Below, piece by piece: positions 54,914 to 64,000 of a stretch of 64,000 nucleotides of DNA. Both the position numbers and the translations under genes were made by a program. Source of the stretch: an uncultured virus (IMG/VR IMGVR_UViG_3300020685_000001) (taxonomy: Duplodnaviria > Heunggongvirae > Uroviricota > Caudoviricetes); IMG/VR virus record IMGVR_UViG_3300020685_000001; one strand, given 5' to 3'. Within the stretch, counting starts at the first letter, position 1, and each line of letters starts with the position of its first letter. The notes under the pieces are model-generated. The model saw only the letters and a program-made list of their open reading frames with translations. It did not search any database and had not been told where the DNA came from.

Positions 54914-55211
54914 ATATTATTTAGCTAATAAAGAAAAAGTAATAGCCGTAAGCAAAGCTAGTAGAGCTATAGGAAAAGCAAAATGGGTAGATTTTAAAAC
55001 TTCCCTTAAGTGCACGCAGTGTGGGTTTTCCCATATTGCAGCCCTAGATTTCCACCACACAAACCCAAACGAAAAAGAAAACCTAGTCAGTAAACTAGTC
55101 AGCAGTGGTTGTTACGCTGCTGCAATGGAAGAGGTTAAAAAGTGCGTAGTCTTATGCGCTAACTGCCATAGGGTACATCACTACGAAGAAACAAAAAACC
55201 CCGCCTTGTGA
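54858..55211 (+). CDS. HNH endonuclease
   Basis: CTQCG...LDFHH...KCVVLCANCHRVHH. Confidence 0.88.
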   Translation: MPYKDESVRKAYHQQRSREYYLANKEKVIAVSKASRAIGKAKWVDFKTSLKCTQCGFSHIAALDFHHTNPNEKENLVSKLVSSGCYAAAMEEVKKCVVLCANCHRVHHYEETKNPAL

Positions 55212-55219
55212 GCGGGGTT
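55193..55219 (-). terminator. Rho-independent terminator after the major capsid gene
   Basis: Minus strand AACCCCGC-TCACAAG-GCGGGGTT followed by a T tract. Confidence 0.85.
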
Positions 55220-55240
55220 CTCATTGACTCTAGTTCTATT

Positions 55241-56158
55241 TTAGTTAGAACCGGAAGAGCCCCAGACACCGAGTGGGTCTGACCAACCGAAGCTGTAACG
55301 CTCACGGGATTTGTAACGTACGTTACCTGTGTCGAAGTCACCGTCCATAGAATTCTGGAGTGGTGTACGCTCGAAGTGCTTCAAACCGTTTGGAACGTCG
55401 GTAGTTAAGAACCAGCCGTTTGTGTCGGTCAAGAAGTGGTTAACTGTGTAACCTTCAGGAATTGTACCGTTGTTGTTGATAGCGCTAATATCGTTATCAG
55501 TTGTACCAACACGCAATTTAGTTTCGAGCAAACGAGTTGCAACGAACATCAAAGCAGGTGGAACTACCAATTTACGTGGTTTAGCAGCGATCAAAAGACC
55601 ACGCTCGTCAGTCCAAGCAGCAATTTGAATAACAGCAGCTTCCAAAGAAGTTTCATTCAAGTCGACAGGTACAGCAGCAGTGTTGCTGTTTGTGCCGCCA
55701 GAAACCAATGGGTGAGCAGTGTTGAACAAAGATACGCCGTCGCCGCCGTTGTACGAACCAGAGGTGTTGAAACCATTATTCAATACAGATGCAGCTTTAA
55801 CTTGCTTGGTGTAAGCCATAGCACGAGCCAATGCTTTAGTGTAACGAGCAGACAAGCTGTCGTACAAGTTATCTTCAATCGCTTCTTCAGTGATTGAGAA
55901 ACCTAAAGCGATGGTTTCGTGTGAGTAGCGTGTGGACCATGCTTCTTGTGCATTATCGTAAGAGATAGCGCCGCCCTCGTTTTTAACAGGGGCTGCAGAG
56001 AAACCGGACAACTTGGTTTCTTCTTCGAAAGAACGCTCAGAAGATTCAGTTTCGTAAATCTCTTTGTGCTCTTCGCCGTAGCGTGCGTATTCTAATCCGA
56101 ACAATGCATTCAGACCTGGGAGTAACTCTTTAAGGAGTTGTGAACGTGAAATAGCCAT
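55241..56158 (-). CDS. Major capsid protein (HK97 fold)
   Basis: MAISRSQLLKELLPGLNALFG, ITEEAIEDNLY, GGDGVSLF, LVVPP, RERYSFGWSDP; followed by a terminator. Confidence 0.93.
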   Translation of the reverse strand: MAISRSQLLKELLPGLNALFGLEYARYGEEHKEIYETESSERSFEEETKLSGFSAAPVKNEGGAISYDNAQEAWSTRYSHETIALGFSITEEAIEDNLYDSLSARYTKALARAMAYTKQVKAASVLNNGFNTSGSYNGGDGVSLFNTAHPLVSGGTNSNTAAVPVDLNETSLEAAVIQIAAWTDERGLLIAAKPRKLVVPPALMFVATRLLETKLRVGTTDNDISAINNNGTIPEGYTVNHFLTDTNGWFLTTDVPNGLKHFERTPLQNSMDGDFDTGNVRYKSRERYSFGWSDPLGVWGSSGSN

Positions 56159-56173
56159 TATTTAGCTCCTTAA

Positions 56174-56854
56174 TTAGTTAGCTGTACCAGCAGCTTGATA
56201 ATAAGAATGCGCACCAAAGTTGATCTTAACGATCAAATCTGTGTATGCATCGCCTGGGTTCGATGGGAAGTTACCACCGAATGTTGAGCTGGAGTTAACC
56301 AAGTCAACGATTTTTACTGCTGCTGTATTAGCATTGCTTACAGTCAAAGCGCCACTAGATAATGTACCAGTTACGTTAATTACAGAGTTACCTGTAGTTG
56401 TAGAACCAGTTGTAGAACCTGTGCCGCCTGTGAAGTTACCCAATGCTGCTGTCTTACCAATAGAACCGTAACCTACGGAACCAGCGGCTTGAACTTGATA
56501 CAACTGATCTGGGTCTTCAACTACACGAATGAAAATGTTTGTGTAGCCTGCTGTTACAGCGTTAGCTGGCAAGTATTGCGCATACAAAGGATAGCCGAGT
56601 TGTTGGCCAGCCAATTGATAACGAACACCTACGCAAACACCAACCAAACCAACTTGTGTACCAACTACTGGAGTAGCTGTAACGACTGTAGGTTGGCCAG
56701 CAGCAGATGCGCCTAATTGCACCAAGTCACCATTAAAAATAGGTGCGGTGTTATTTGTGGTCAATAAATACTCACGGATTGTGCCGCCAGTAAAGGATTG
56801 ACCGCCAATCAAACTGATTGGTTTAAGCCCGTATGGGGCCGATACTGTGCTCAT
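56174..56854 (-). CDS. Minor capsid / head decoration protein
   Basis: APYGLKP, IFNGDLV, GVCVGV, DPDQLY; directly upstream of the MCP. Confidence 0.65.
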   Translation of the reverse strand: MSTVSAPYGLKPISLIGGQSFTGGTIREYLLTTNNTAPIFNGDLVQLGASAAGQPTVVTATPVVGTQVGLVGVCVGVRYQLAGQQLGYPLYAQYLPANAVTAGYTNIFIRVVEDPDQLYQVQAAGSVGYGSIGKTAALGNFTGGTGSTTGSTTTGNSVINVTGTLSSGALTVSNANTAAVKIVDLVNSSSTFGGNFPSNPGDAYTDLIVKINFGAHSYYQAAGTAN

Positions 56855-56881
56855 AAAAAGCTCCTTAAATTAAATTAAAAA

Positions 56882-57328
56882 TTAACTTCCTTTTCCAAAA
56901 GTAACTTTAGTAGACCGCTCTTTAAACATCGGCATACGTGGGTCATTCTGGGCCATGAAGTTATTGTCTACGGACTCCATTTGAGAATTATTTAACTTGC
57001 TGTAATAAGCAGCACGTTGTTCCATAAACTCTTTTGGAGCACGACATAAAACTAAACCACCAATTTCAATTGAGCCTTTAAACTGTCCATCAACGGAAGC
57101 ATGGCTCATAAGTTCAGGATAATCCTCAGCCTTAACAGGCTCAAAACCTTCCCTACGCTTAGCTGAGACATTCATGGGATCAGCAGAGCCCATAGTAGAA
57201 GTTCTAACCCAACGATGTGCCCAGCCTTCACGAGGATCTGGCGTTGGTAACAACTGAGGCGGTGCCCAACTATCAATTGGACGTACTTCAGTTTCACGAC
57301 TTTCTAATTCACGGGTTTTCTTAACCAT
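56882..57328 (-). CDS. Conserved head-module protein
   Basis: WAPPQLLP, HRWVR, REGFEPV, GGLVLC. Confidence 0.7.
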   Translation of the reverse strand: MVKKTRELESRETEVRPIDSWAPPQLLPTPDPREGWAHRWVRTSTMGSADPMNVSAKRREGFEPVKAEDYPELMSHASVDGQFKGSIEIGGLVLCRAPKEFMEQRAAYYSKLNNSQMESVDNNFMAQNDPRMPMFKERSTKVTFGKGS

Positions 57329-58377
57329 TATCTATCTCCATTCATTTGTTCGGCAACCTTCTTGGCATAAAGATCTAGAGGCACACCTAAGCGCTTCGCA
57401 ATCTGTACCTGAGTAGGCGTAAGTTGTACTTTCTTGGGGGCAACTGAGCGAGTAGCAGGAGCTACAACACTGGCAGCGGGTTTGGCACGGGTCTTAACCG
57501 GTTTTGTTTCTTGTACTTCTTCAACTTCTTGATCGTCGCTCCCGAAATAATCGGGGAATCTTTTCCGGATTGTATCACTGATTTTTGAGTAATACTCATC
57601 GGATCCAACATATTTTTCACCAAATTCTTTTGCAAGACGGTTATGGATCGTAATAGCGAGACCAGTCATTTCATCTTCTTCAGCTGTTTCACCACCGTAC
57701 CAGTCGTTAGCATCTAGCCATTTTGTTAGCTTAGGATCCTGTGCTGGTGCTTCTGGTGCATACGTTGGAAGCTGGAATTCCTGTTCTTTTGGTTGAATTG
57801 GCTGCATAGTTTTAGCACGATCAAGCTTTAGCGTTGCTTCTGCCATTGCTTGTTGTGCATCTACTAGGGCGTCGCTATCTCCGGCCTCATAAGCCTCTTT
57901 GTACGCCTTTTTAGCCAAAATAAGAGCTGCTTCGGCACCTTCTTGACCTTGCTGAATGAATACTTTACTACCTTCATGCAGGGTATTTTGGATGCGTTTG
58001 TTCTCATCAACCAAGAATTGAGCCACTCTAAGCGCTTCTTCACGCATTTTGAGAGCTTCTTCTTTCTCACGACGGATGTCATGGTAGCCTTTGGTTAGCT
58101 TCTTAATGCGTTTTTGAACTTTCTTGTCATAACTAAGTAGTTCATCTTCATCATCAATAGCTGCTGCATCAGCTTCCATTGGTTCACGACCACGGTCTTC
58201 TGGAGGAGTATCATCAACAATCTCAATATCTACCTCAGGCGCCGCCTTTGCTTCTTTTTGTACTTCTTCTCTGGCTGCAATTTCGTCAGGGAACTCAAAA
58301 GTATCGCCCTCAGTACCACCTAGAGGGATAACCTTACCGCCCTTACCAAAAGTTACAGCCCCAAATTCTTCAGACAT
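57328..58377 (-). CDS. Capsid scaffolding protein
   Basis: Acidic coiled coil; VQKRIKKLT; ends LTPTQVQIAKRLGVPLDLYAK. Confidence 0.75.
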   Translation of the reverse strand: MSEEFGAVTFGKGGKVIPLGGTEGDTFEFPDEIAAREEVQKEAKAAPEVDIEIVDDTPPEDRGREPMEADAAAIDDEDELLSYDKKVQKRIKKLTKGYHDIRREKEEALKMREEALRVAQFLVDENKRIQNTLHEGSKVFIQQGQEGAEAALILAKKAYKEAYEAGDSDALVDAQQAMAEATLKLDRAKTMQPIQPKEQEFQLPTYAPEAPAQDPKLTKWLDANDWYGGETAEEDEMTGLAITIHNRLAKEFGEKYVGSDEYYSKISDTIRKRFPDYFGSDDQEVEEVQETKPVKTRAKPAASVVAPATRSVAPKKVQLTPTQVQIAKRLGVPLDLYAKKVAEQMNGDR

Positions 58378-58388
58378 GTAAACCTCCT

Positions 58389-58790
58389 TTATGCTCTCGT
58401 AATGCCACGAGGATCTTCTACTACGGCTTCTACGGAATCATCGTTGATAATTCTGAACTCACGGCCATGAATCTTGAGGCGTGAACCAGAACTAGGGCGA
58501 ATCAACACGAAGTCACCAACTTTGCACAGCGGACCGCTGGGAAAACGCTCTTTGTCGGCATAAGCATCAGGTCCAATGTCCATAACAAAAAGCACGGGTG
58601 TTAGGACTTCTTCGTGTTGCTGTGTTACCGCTGACTTTAATAAACCGCTTTCATACTCTTCTTCAACCTGTGGAACCATACACAAGATATGGTAGCCAGC
58701 AGCTTTTGGAAGTTGTGTTGCTTTTGCTTCAGGTTTTTCAGGTAGCTTTGAGAGATTCCCCAAGGCATCGCTGATAATGATGTCACTCAT
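58389..58790 (-). CDS. groES: GroES-like co-chaperonin
   Basis: LP..GYHIL, ESGLL, GPDAY, KVGDFVL, GREFRIINDDSVEAVV; start MSDIII. Confidence 0.85.
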   Translation of the reverse strand: MSDIIISDALGNLSKLPEKPEAKATQLPKAAGYHILCMVPQVEEEYESGLLKSAVTQQHEEVLTPVLFVMDIGPDAYADKERFPSGPLCKVGDFVLIRPSSGSRLKIHGREFRIINDDSVEAVVEDPRGITRA

Positions 58791-58971
58791 CTTCATCCTT
58801 TGTTTTTTGCTCACGGTCTTTAATAAAATCCACAGCCAGGGCAAGACCACGGATAATCCCTGTTGTGTGTTTGTACTCATCGTACGCTTTGCAGCTGCCA
58901 TCGGCAACGGATTGTGCTCTAGACTCGATCATTAGATTTAACTCTCGGACTAGGTATTCATACTCGGTCAC
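58783..58971 (-). CDS. Small head-module protein
   Basis: YDEYK...GIIRGL; lies between portal and GroES. Confidence 0.7.
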   Translation of the reverse strand: MTEYEYLVRELNLMIESRAQSVADGSCKAYDEYKHTTGIIRGLALAVDFIKDREQKTKDEDE

Positions 58972-61496
58972 TCTTTAGTTTCCTTTTTTGGTTGTGCTGG
59001 TTGCATCTCAGCTAGTTGTTCAGTCTTCATCATCTCGTGGAGGTGTTGGCGTCCTTGAGCGTTTTTCTCATGTCTAAGCTGGGCATCTTTTTCTACTGCC
59101 TTACCTAAAATCTCGCCACCTTTTTGGATACGTTGGGCTTTAAGTTTAGCCTGGCTCATGCCTGCCTGATTAATAGCATTACCTGCAGCAATCAAAGCCT
59201 GAGACTTGATACGCTCTTCTTCGATACGTAACTGTTCTTGCTTGAGCTGGAAGTCCTGTTGGTCTTTAGTAGCTTTACGCTGTTGCTCTTGTTGCTTGAT
59301 TTGCAGCTCTTGCATTTGGATCTGGATAATCGGATCTTGTTGTTGCTGAGCATTTTGCTGGGCTTGTTGAGCTTGCTGGTTTTGCTGTAGCAATTTCTGT
59401 GCAGCTTGGGCCATCATCGGAGCTAACTGAGCTTCCATCTCTGGAGTAAATTCAACATCTTCCTCTTCACCCCTATCATCAAGTTGCTGTGGAGGCATTG
59501 GCATACCCATCTGTTGTGCAATCTGTGCACGATACGCATAACCTAAGTGCTCATTGACGTGAGCCATCATAGCCGAGCCAATCTGCTGAGCTTGTGGGTT
59601 ATTTTGTAGTAACGCTTGGATCTTAGGATCTTGCATTGCCGCCATGTGGACCTGGATATGCGCTTCATGGTCTTGGTAGCTAAACGCCTTAACCGGCTTC
59701 ATCATGAGAATATTTTGATTCTCTGTGACTGGGTCAGCAGGTTTTTGGTCTTCTGCCATTGGTACAAGTTTTTGAGCATTCTTGATACCAAGAACTTCAA
59801 TCATCTGGCGGTGGAGGAGCGGGAGGTTGTAGAGTTGCGGTGCCGATTGAGCCAGTTGGAGCACAGCTTGATACTGTACGATTTTCTGCGCCATCGTGCT
59901 CGCATTAGGGTCGCTAACCGGTAAAACCTCAACATCATCGTAATCCGATTTTTTAGCTGCTGGAGTACCATCTTCAGGTTCATATTCATAATCCTCATCT
60001 GTGTAGTCCGCAATAATTACTTTGAGGAGGTTGAACTCCTGCTTCATTGAGTAATGCAAACGGGCTTGGATAGCCGACATTACCTTGAGGGTGCGCTCCA
60101 AAATAGCCAAAGTAGTTCCAACAGGTGCATTACCACCCATATCAGATACCTGGAGATCTCCGGCGGAAACAAATGCACGACCTTCTTGAACTATTTGATT
60201 GAATAACGCCATCAAAGTTTGGCTAGGCTCCTTATACGGCAGGAGCATAATGTTGTCTTTAATGACACCTGATGGTACGTCTACATCTCGGAATTCTCCT
60301 GGGCTGATTGGGGTGTCGTCTCCCTTAACCCGTAAGCCTCGTGCTTTGAGACCGCCCGGTAAATTGCTGAGGGTCCCTGCGTCGACGAGCTGGCGAATAA
60401 TAGTAGTAGCGGAACGAGCATAACCGCCAATGAGGTGAATGAGTCCATATCCATAAAATCCAAATCCCGGTACGTATTGATAGTGCACGAAATGTGTACG
60501 TTTCAATTTAAGGTTATCACCCTCATACCAGTTGCGGCGAATCGCAAGCACTCTTCCGGTGCTCTTTTCTATAGTAATGATGTAAGGTAGTGCAATTCCG
60601 TCCTCATCTTCGTGCCCGGGTAGATCATAGTCCACGTGCATCTCAATAATTCTGAAACGATTATCTGTAGTTGCAGTAAATCCTTGCTCTTCTGCTTTGC
60701 GTTTCTCGATGTCATCAAGAATGTTTGTTGGCTCGCCCAAATCAATATCACGCCAAAAGCCAGCAGCCTGAAGCTTTTTCACATCATTCTTGGTCTTGCG
60801 CATTACGTGGCTGATGCGACCAGCGTTATCTAAGTTTGATGCGCCATAAGGAACAACTAAATCTTCTGCAGGTATAAACATTGCTACTTGACGGCCAAGG
60901 GCTGGGTCAAAATACACCTTTTTAAATGCTGAACCAGCTAAAGGCAAATTCCATAAAAGCTTTTCATGCTCTGGGCGATACTCGCTCATCTGCTCAGTCA
61001 AGCGATAATTCATATCCTCCGATACACGGTATGATGCCTCTTTCTTGCTCGTAGTCTCTTTTCCAATAATTTTTGTCTTAACGGGACCCATCGCCGGAAA
61101 GGTCTCCATAATAGCTTCGGACTGGAACTTGACCACCGCTTCAGCAAGCATTGGATGGTACACCCCGCAGGCACCCGCCCATGGTTCAGTAGTTTCCTCA
61201 TACTTTAATCCCAATAGTTTTAGACCTTCGACATAGGTATCAGCCCAATCTTTACGAGCAGACACGTCTGCATCAAACAAACCAATTAATTCACTAGCAA
61301 TAGACTGAAGTTCACGTTCATCCATGTCCTCAGCAAGGTTTTCATTAAACTTGTCGGAACCTGTGTCCTCTTCTTCGATACCACTCTCGGTGTCACCGAT
61401 TTCATCACCTGGGCCAAGAATCTCAATCTCGAGTGCTGGCTCTTGTGTATCTGCGATCCCTGCCGGGGCTTGGTAAATGCCTTTATCTATTGCCAT
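58968..61496 (-). CDS. Portal protein
   Basis: 842 aa downstream of the terminase; GSAFKKVY, GFYGYGL, Gln-rich helical C-terminus (P22-like barrel). Confidence 0.9.
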   Translation of the reverse strand: MAIDKGIYQAPAGIADTQEPALEIEILGPGDEIGDTESGIEEEDTGSDKFNENLAEDMDERELQSIASELIGLFDADVSARKDWADTYVEGLKLLGLKYEETTEPWAGACGVYHPMLAEAVVKFQSEAIMETFPAMGPVKTKIIGKETTSKKEASYRVSEDMNYRLTEQMSEYRPEHEKLLWNLPLAGSAFKKVYFDPALGRQVAMFIPAEDLVVPYGASNLDNAGRISHVMRKTKNDVKKLQAAGFWRDIDLGEPTNILDDIEKRKAEEQGFTATTDNRFRIIEMHVDYDLPGHEDEDGIALPYIITIEKSTGRVLAIRRNWYEGDNLKLKRTHFVHYQYVPGFGFYGYGLIHLIGGYARSATTIIRQLVDAGTLSNLPGGLKARGLRVKGDDTPISPGEFRDVDVPSGVIKDNIMLLPYKEPSQTLMALFNQIVQEGRAFVSAGDLQVSDMGGNAPVGTTLAILERTLKVMSAIQARLHYSMKQEFNLLKVIIADYTDEDYEYEPEDGTPAAKKSDYDDVEVLPVSDPNASTMAQKIVQYQAVLQLAQSAPQLYNLPLLHRQMIEVLGIKNAQKLVPMAEDQKPADPVTENQNILMMKPVKAFSYQDHEAHIQVHMAAMQDPKIQALLQNNPQAQQIGSAMMAHVNEHLGYAYRAQIAQQMGMPMPPQQLDDRGEEEDVEFTPEMEAQLAPMMAQAAQKLLQQNQQAQQAQQNAQQQQDPIIQIQMQELQIKQQEQQRKATKDQQDFQLKQEQLRIEEERIKSQALIAAGNAINQAGMSQAKLKAQRIQKGGEILGKAVEKDAQLRHEKNAQGRQHLHEMMKTEQLAEMQPAQPKKETKE

Positions 61497-61507
61497 GTCG
61501 TTTGTCC

Positions 61508-63070
61508 TTAAACGTTATAATACCCAGCGCCTCTTTTAGATTTGAACCATTTAATCTCTTCTGGTTCGTCGGTAGGTAAGCGCAAAAAGCCCCCCTGCCT
61601 AAATCTCATTAGCGCTAATGTCATTGAGTCCACTAAGTCGTCGTGTTCGCCCGAAGGGAATGCCGCAACCTCGTCTATCAGCTCTTCTGCCCAGCGTGTA
61701 GCTGGAGCCCATACTTTACCAGATGCAAAGAAATCTGCAACTGAATTTAACCTCGAAATCTTGTCCTGACCTTTCCCCGGACTAAATTCCCCGACAGGGA
61801 TTCCCATCCTTCTAAGTTCTTGAATGAGAGGCGCACCAGCCGCCTTTTTCTCAACAATAAGAGAGTCCGGCTCATACGCTTCGTATAGTTCATACGCTTT
61901 CGCCTTGAGGTCCGGAAATTCCAAGCGCTCCTTATAGGAGTCCAAAAGGATAATGTTTGGTAGGTTGTGGTCTTCCTCATTGTAGAAAACACCCCAGGTT
62001 GTGCAAGTTGAGAAGTCATTTACGGTTTTCTTTTCGTGGGCCGTATCCCAAGACTGAATAATATATTCACAAGCGGGAGGTCTTTCGGCTTCCCAAATTT
62101 TCCACCACTCTCTCTTCACAATCGCCGAGCTATCGCTCGTCGGCTGTTGCATATATTGTGCCATCCATTTGGCGTTAGGTAATTCAGTATGTAGGGCTTC
62201 AAGTTCTTTAAGGGACCAAAACTCTGGCCAAAGCGGTTTGCCGCTATCCAAAATGGCTGGCAACTCAATCACACGCCATTCATCCCCACCACGCTGGGCT
62301 GCACTTTTTACTACCTGAGCAGTCAAGTCCCGCATCGACCAGCGGGTCATCACGATTACAATAGAGCCTCCAGGTTGTAAACGCTGACGAGGACCAGAGG
62401 TAAACCACTCATAAACTTTATCGTAGACTTCTGGATTGAATGCAGCTATGGCAGCCTCTTGCTCAGAATGTGGATCGTCAATGATGAGAAGATCAGCTCC
62501 CTTACCAGTAACAGCACCGCCCACACCGATAGCGAAATAATCACCGCCAAAATTAGTATTCCAACGGCCTGCCGCCTTTGAGTCTGACTGGAGTTCAATA
62601 GCAGGGAAAAGGCGTCTATACAGAGGGTTGTCCACCAGGTTCCTAACTTTACGGCCAAAGCCCACAGCCAGCTCAGCGGTGTGCGAAGTTTGGATAACTT
62701 TCTTCTGAGGAAACTTCCCGAGGAACCAAGCTGGTAGCAAATAAGAAGCAAACTCAGACTTAGTGTGACGGGGAGGCATATTAATGATGAGACGTTTACA
62801 TGTACCATTGGCTACATCCTCAAAAGCCTTTGCCATTTTCTCATGGTGCCTTCCATGAATAAACTCAGGCCAGACGCTGTTAACAAATTTCATGAAGTCT
62901 TGCTGGACTTCTTCCCTTGCATCCCGAGTATCTAGTTCTTCTAGTATTTCTAACGTAGATGCAGCTTCTTCAGCCGGCATGTCCTTTAAAAAACGGGCAC
63001 GTTCTTCCGGAGATAGACTTTTTAGAATCTCAATCGGGTCTAATTCAGCTTGGATAACGGTATCAGTCAT
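61508..63070 (-). CDS. terL: Terminase large subunit
   Basis: NMPPRHTKS, LLIIDDP, VMTRW, QSWDTA, HDDLVDS. Confidence 0.95.
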   Translation of the reverse strand: MTDTVIQAELDPIEILKSLSPEERARFLKDMPAEEAASTLEILEELDTRDAREEVQQDFMKFVNSVWPEFIHGRHHEKMAKAFEDVANGTCKRLIINMPPRHTKSEFASYLLPAWFLGKFPQKKVIQTSHTAELAVGFGRKVRNLVDNPLYRRLFPAIELQSDSKAAGRWNTNFGGDYFAIGVGGAVTGKGADLLIIDDPHSEQEAAIAAFNPEVYDKVYEWFTSGPRQRLQPGGSIVIVMTRWSMRDLTAQVVKSAAQRGGDEWRVIELPAILDSGKPLWPEFWSLKELEALHTELPNAKWMAQYMQQPTSDSSAIVKREWWKIWEAERPPACEYIIQSWDTAHEKKTVNDFSTCTTWGVFYNEEDHNLPNIILLDSYKERLEFPDLKAKAYELYEAYEPDSLIVEKKAAGAPLIQELRRMGIPVGEFSPGKGQDKISRLNSVADFFASGKVWAPATRWAEELIDEVAAFPSGEHDDLVDSMTLALMRFRQGGFLRLPTDEPEEIKWFKSKRGAGYYNV

Positions 63071-63710
63071 CTAATTCCACAATATCATCACCGCCACCTA
63101 GCTCAACTTTACCTAATTTCTTGTTCAGATCAATAGTTATCGGCTTTTTTTCTTCTATTTGTTTAATTTCCTGCGCTGGAACTTCTTCTGCTAGGCCCAT
63201 ATACCTGTTTAATTTCTTAGCAAGCTCTTGTTTTAGCTCATCTGTACTCTTATGGGACACATTTACTTCTAGTTTGTCTGCAAACATACCCAATTGTGTG
63301 AGTCGGCCTAGACTTTCTAGCGCTCTTAGCCTGTCTCCAGCCTTTTGACCCAACGAAACGGGGTCTGATTCCTCAACTAAGCGTGTAGTTACGTAGGTTT
63401 TGAGGCGAATCGTATCTTCTACTACAGCATTGTTGTATTTATCCAACAGATCATTCAACCACAAAGCTGTTTTGGCATTAAATGGTCGGCGTTGTGCATC
63501 TGGACTGCCCGTTGCTTGTTTAGCCGCTTCACGTTGCGCAGCCTGGTCTTCTTTTTTATCGGGTCTTAGCTTTAAACCATTGGAGTATAGAAACTCTGCC
63601 GTATTAAATGCGGCTTTAGCCTGTTCATACAATGACTTAGCTTCCTGCGGAGTTAGATCCACTGGAATAGGAACAGTTAATTCTGGTGATACATGTATCT
63701 CAGTTGTCAT
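63063..63710 (-). CDS. terS: Putative terminase small subunit
   Basis: Directly upstream of terL; RLRALESLGR..GMF. Confidence 0.65.
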   Translation of the reverse strand: MTTEIHVSPELTVPIPVDLTPQEAKSLYEQAKAAFNTAEFLYSNGLKLRPDKKEDQAAQREAAKQATGSPDAQRRPFNAKTALWLNDLLDKYNNAVVEDTIRLKTYVTTRLVEESDPVSLGQKAGDRLRALESLGRLTQLGMFADKLEVNVSHKSTDELKQELAKKLNRYMGLAEEVPAQEIKQIEEKKPITIDLNKKLGKVELGGGDDIVELDD

Positions 63711-63810
63711 AGGAGGAAAAGTTTGGGTGCACTCCGGTTATGTGAAGTGTAACACAAAGATTTTTTAACGTGTAGTTATAACGTTATTTCCGGGGGGTAC
63801 TTGTAACTAC

Positions 63811-63831
63811 AAAAAAGGGCCCGAAGGCCCT
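63811..63831 (-). terminator. Rho-independent terminator with UUCG loop
   Basis: Minus strand AGGGCC-TTCG-GGCCCT followed by a T tract. Confidence 0.88.
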
Positions 63832-63836
63832 AGGTA

Positions 63837-63965
63837 TTACTTAGTTTTGTATAGCTTGAGGGTATCAATCGCAACGTCTAACCAAAAATGGTATGCGTCT
63901 TTAATTGCTTTTTCGGTTTGCTGATAGGTCTTGTTTAATTCAATTGGTTTAAAAAAGTCATACAT
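63837..63965 (-). CDS. Small hypothetical protein (42 aa)
   Basis: MYDFFKPIEL...; AGGAGA RBS; followed by its own terminator. Confidence 0.55.
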   Translation of the reverse strand: MYDFFKPIELNKTYQQTEKAIKDAYHFWLDVAIDTLKLYKTK

Positions 63966-64000
63966 AGGGTTTCTCCTAATAGGGGTTAATAATGTATATT

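Larger units (their letters stand above)
1..64000. mobile_element. Tailed dsDNA phage genome (podovirus-like), most or all of it
   Basis: Terminase, portal, major capsid, tail fibres, ejection proteins, endolysin, DNA pol A and primase-helicase in two convergent arms; no tape-measure or sheath gene recognised; no host housekeeping genes. Confidence 0.97.

Noticed and set aside
1..64000. Alternative genetic code
   Set aside because: Core genes are full length and tightly packed under the standard code

Overview
This window is most or all of the genome of a tailed dsDNA bacteriophage with podovirus-like organisation. The left arm (+ strand, ~1-23.5 kb) has early genes (consensus sigma70 promoters, a DUF3150-like/MoxR AAA ATPase/VWA-metallopeptidase module, many small ORFs) followed by replication genes (family A DNA polymerase, nucleases, a sigma70 region-4 protein, SNF2 helicase, SSB, primase-helicase). 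The right arm (- strand, ~23.6-64 kb) has terminase, portal, GroES-like chaperonin, scaffold, major capsid, small Lys-rich proteins, adaptors, tail fibres, lysis genes and three large internal/ejection proteins. Four things stand out. (1) A heme oxygenase + PcyX-like bilin reductase pair is translationally coupled inside the tail-fibre module. (2) A palindrome TCGGGACWGTCCCGA occurs six times, only in the first 6.3 kb, twice at nearly the same distance behind a promoter. (3) There is a structured early leader with an rrn-type boxA, plus two other structured intergenic RNAs. (4) A hydrophobic-x-x-GG motif is shared by the small basic late proteins and two ejection proteins. All product calls come from motif recognition by eye; no database searches or folding programs were run. 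I saw no integrase, tRNA, rRNA or CRISPR array. The host cannot be determined from the sequence.
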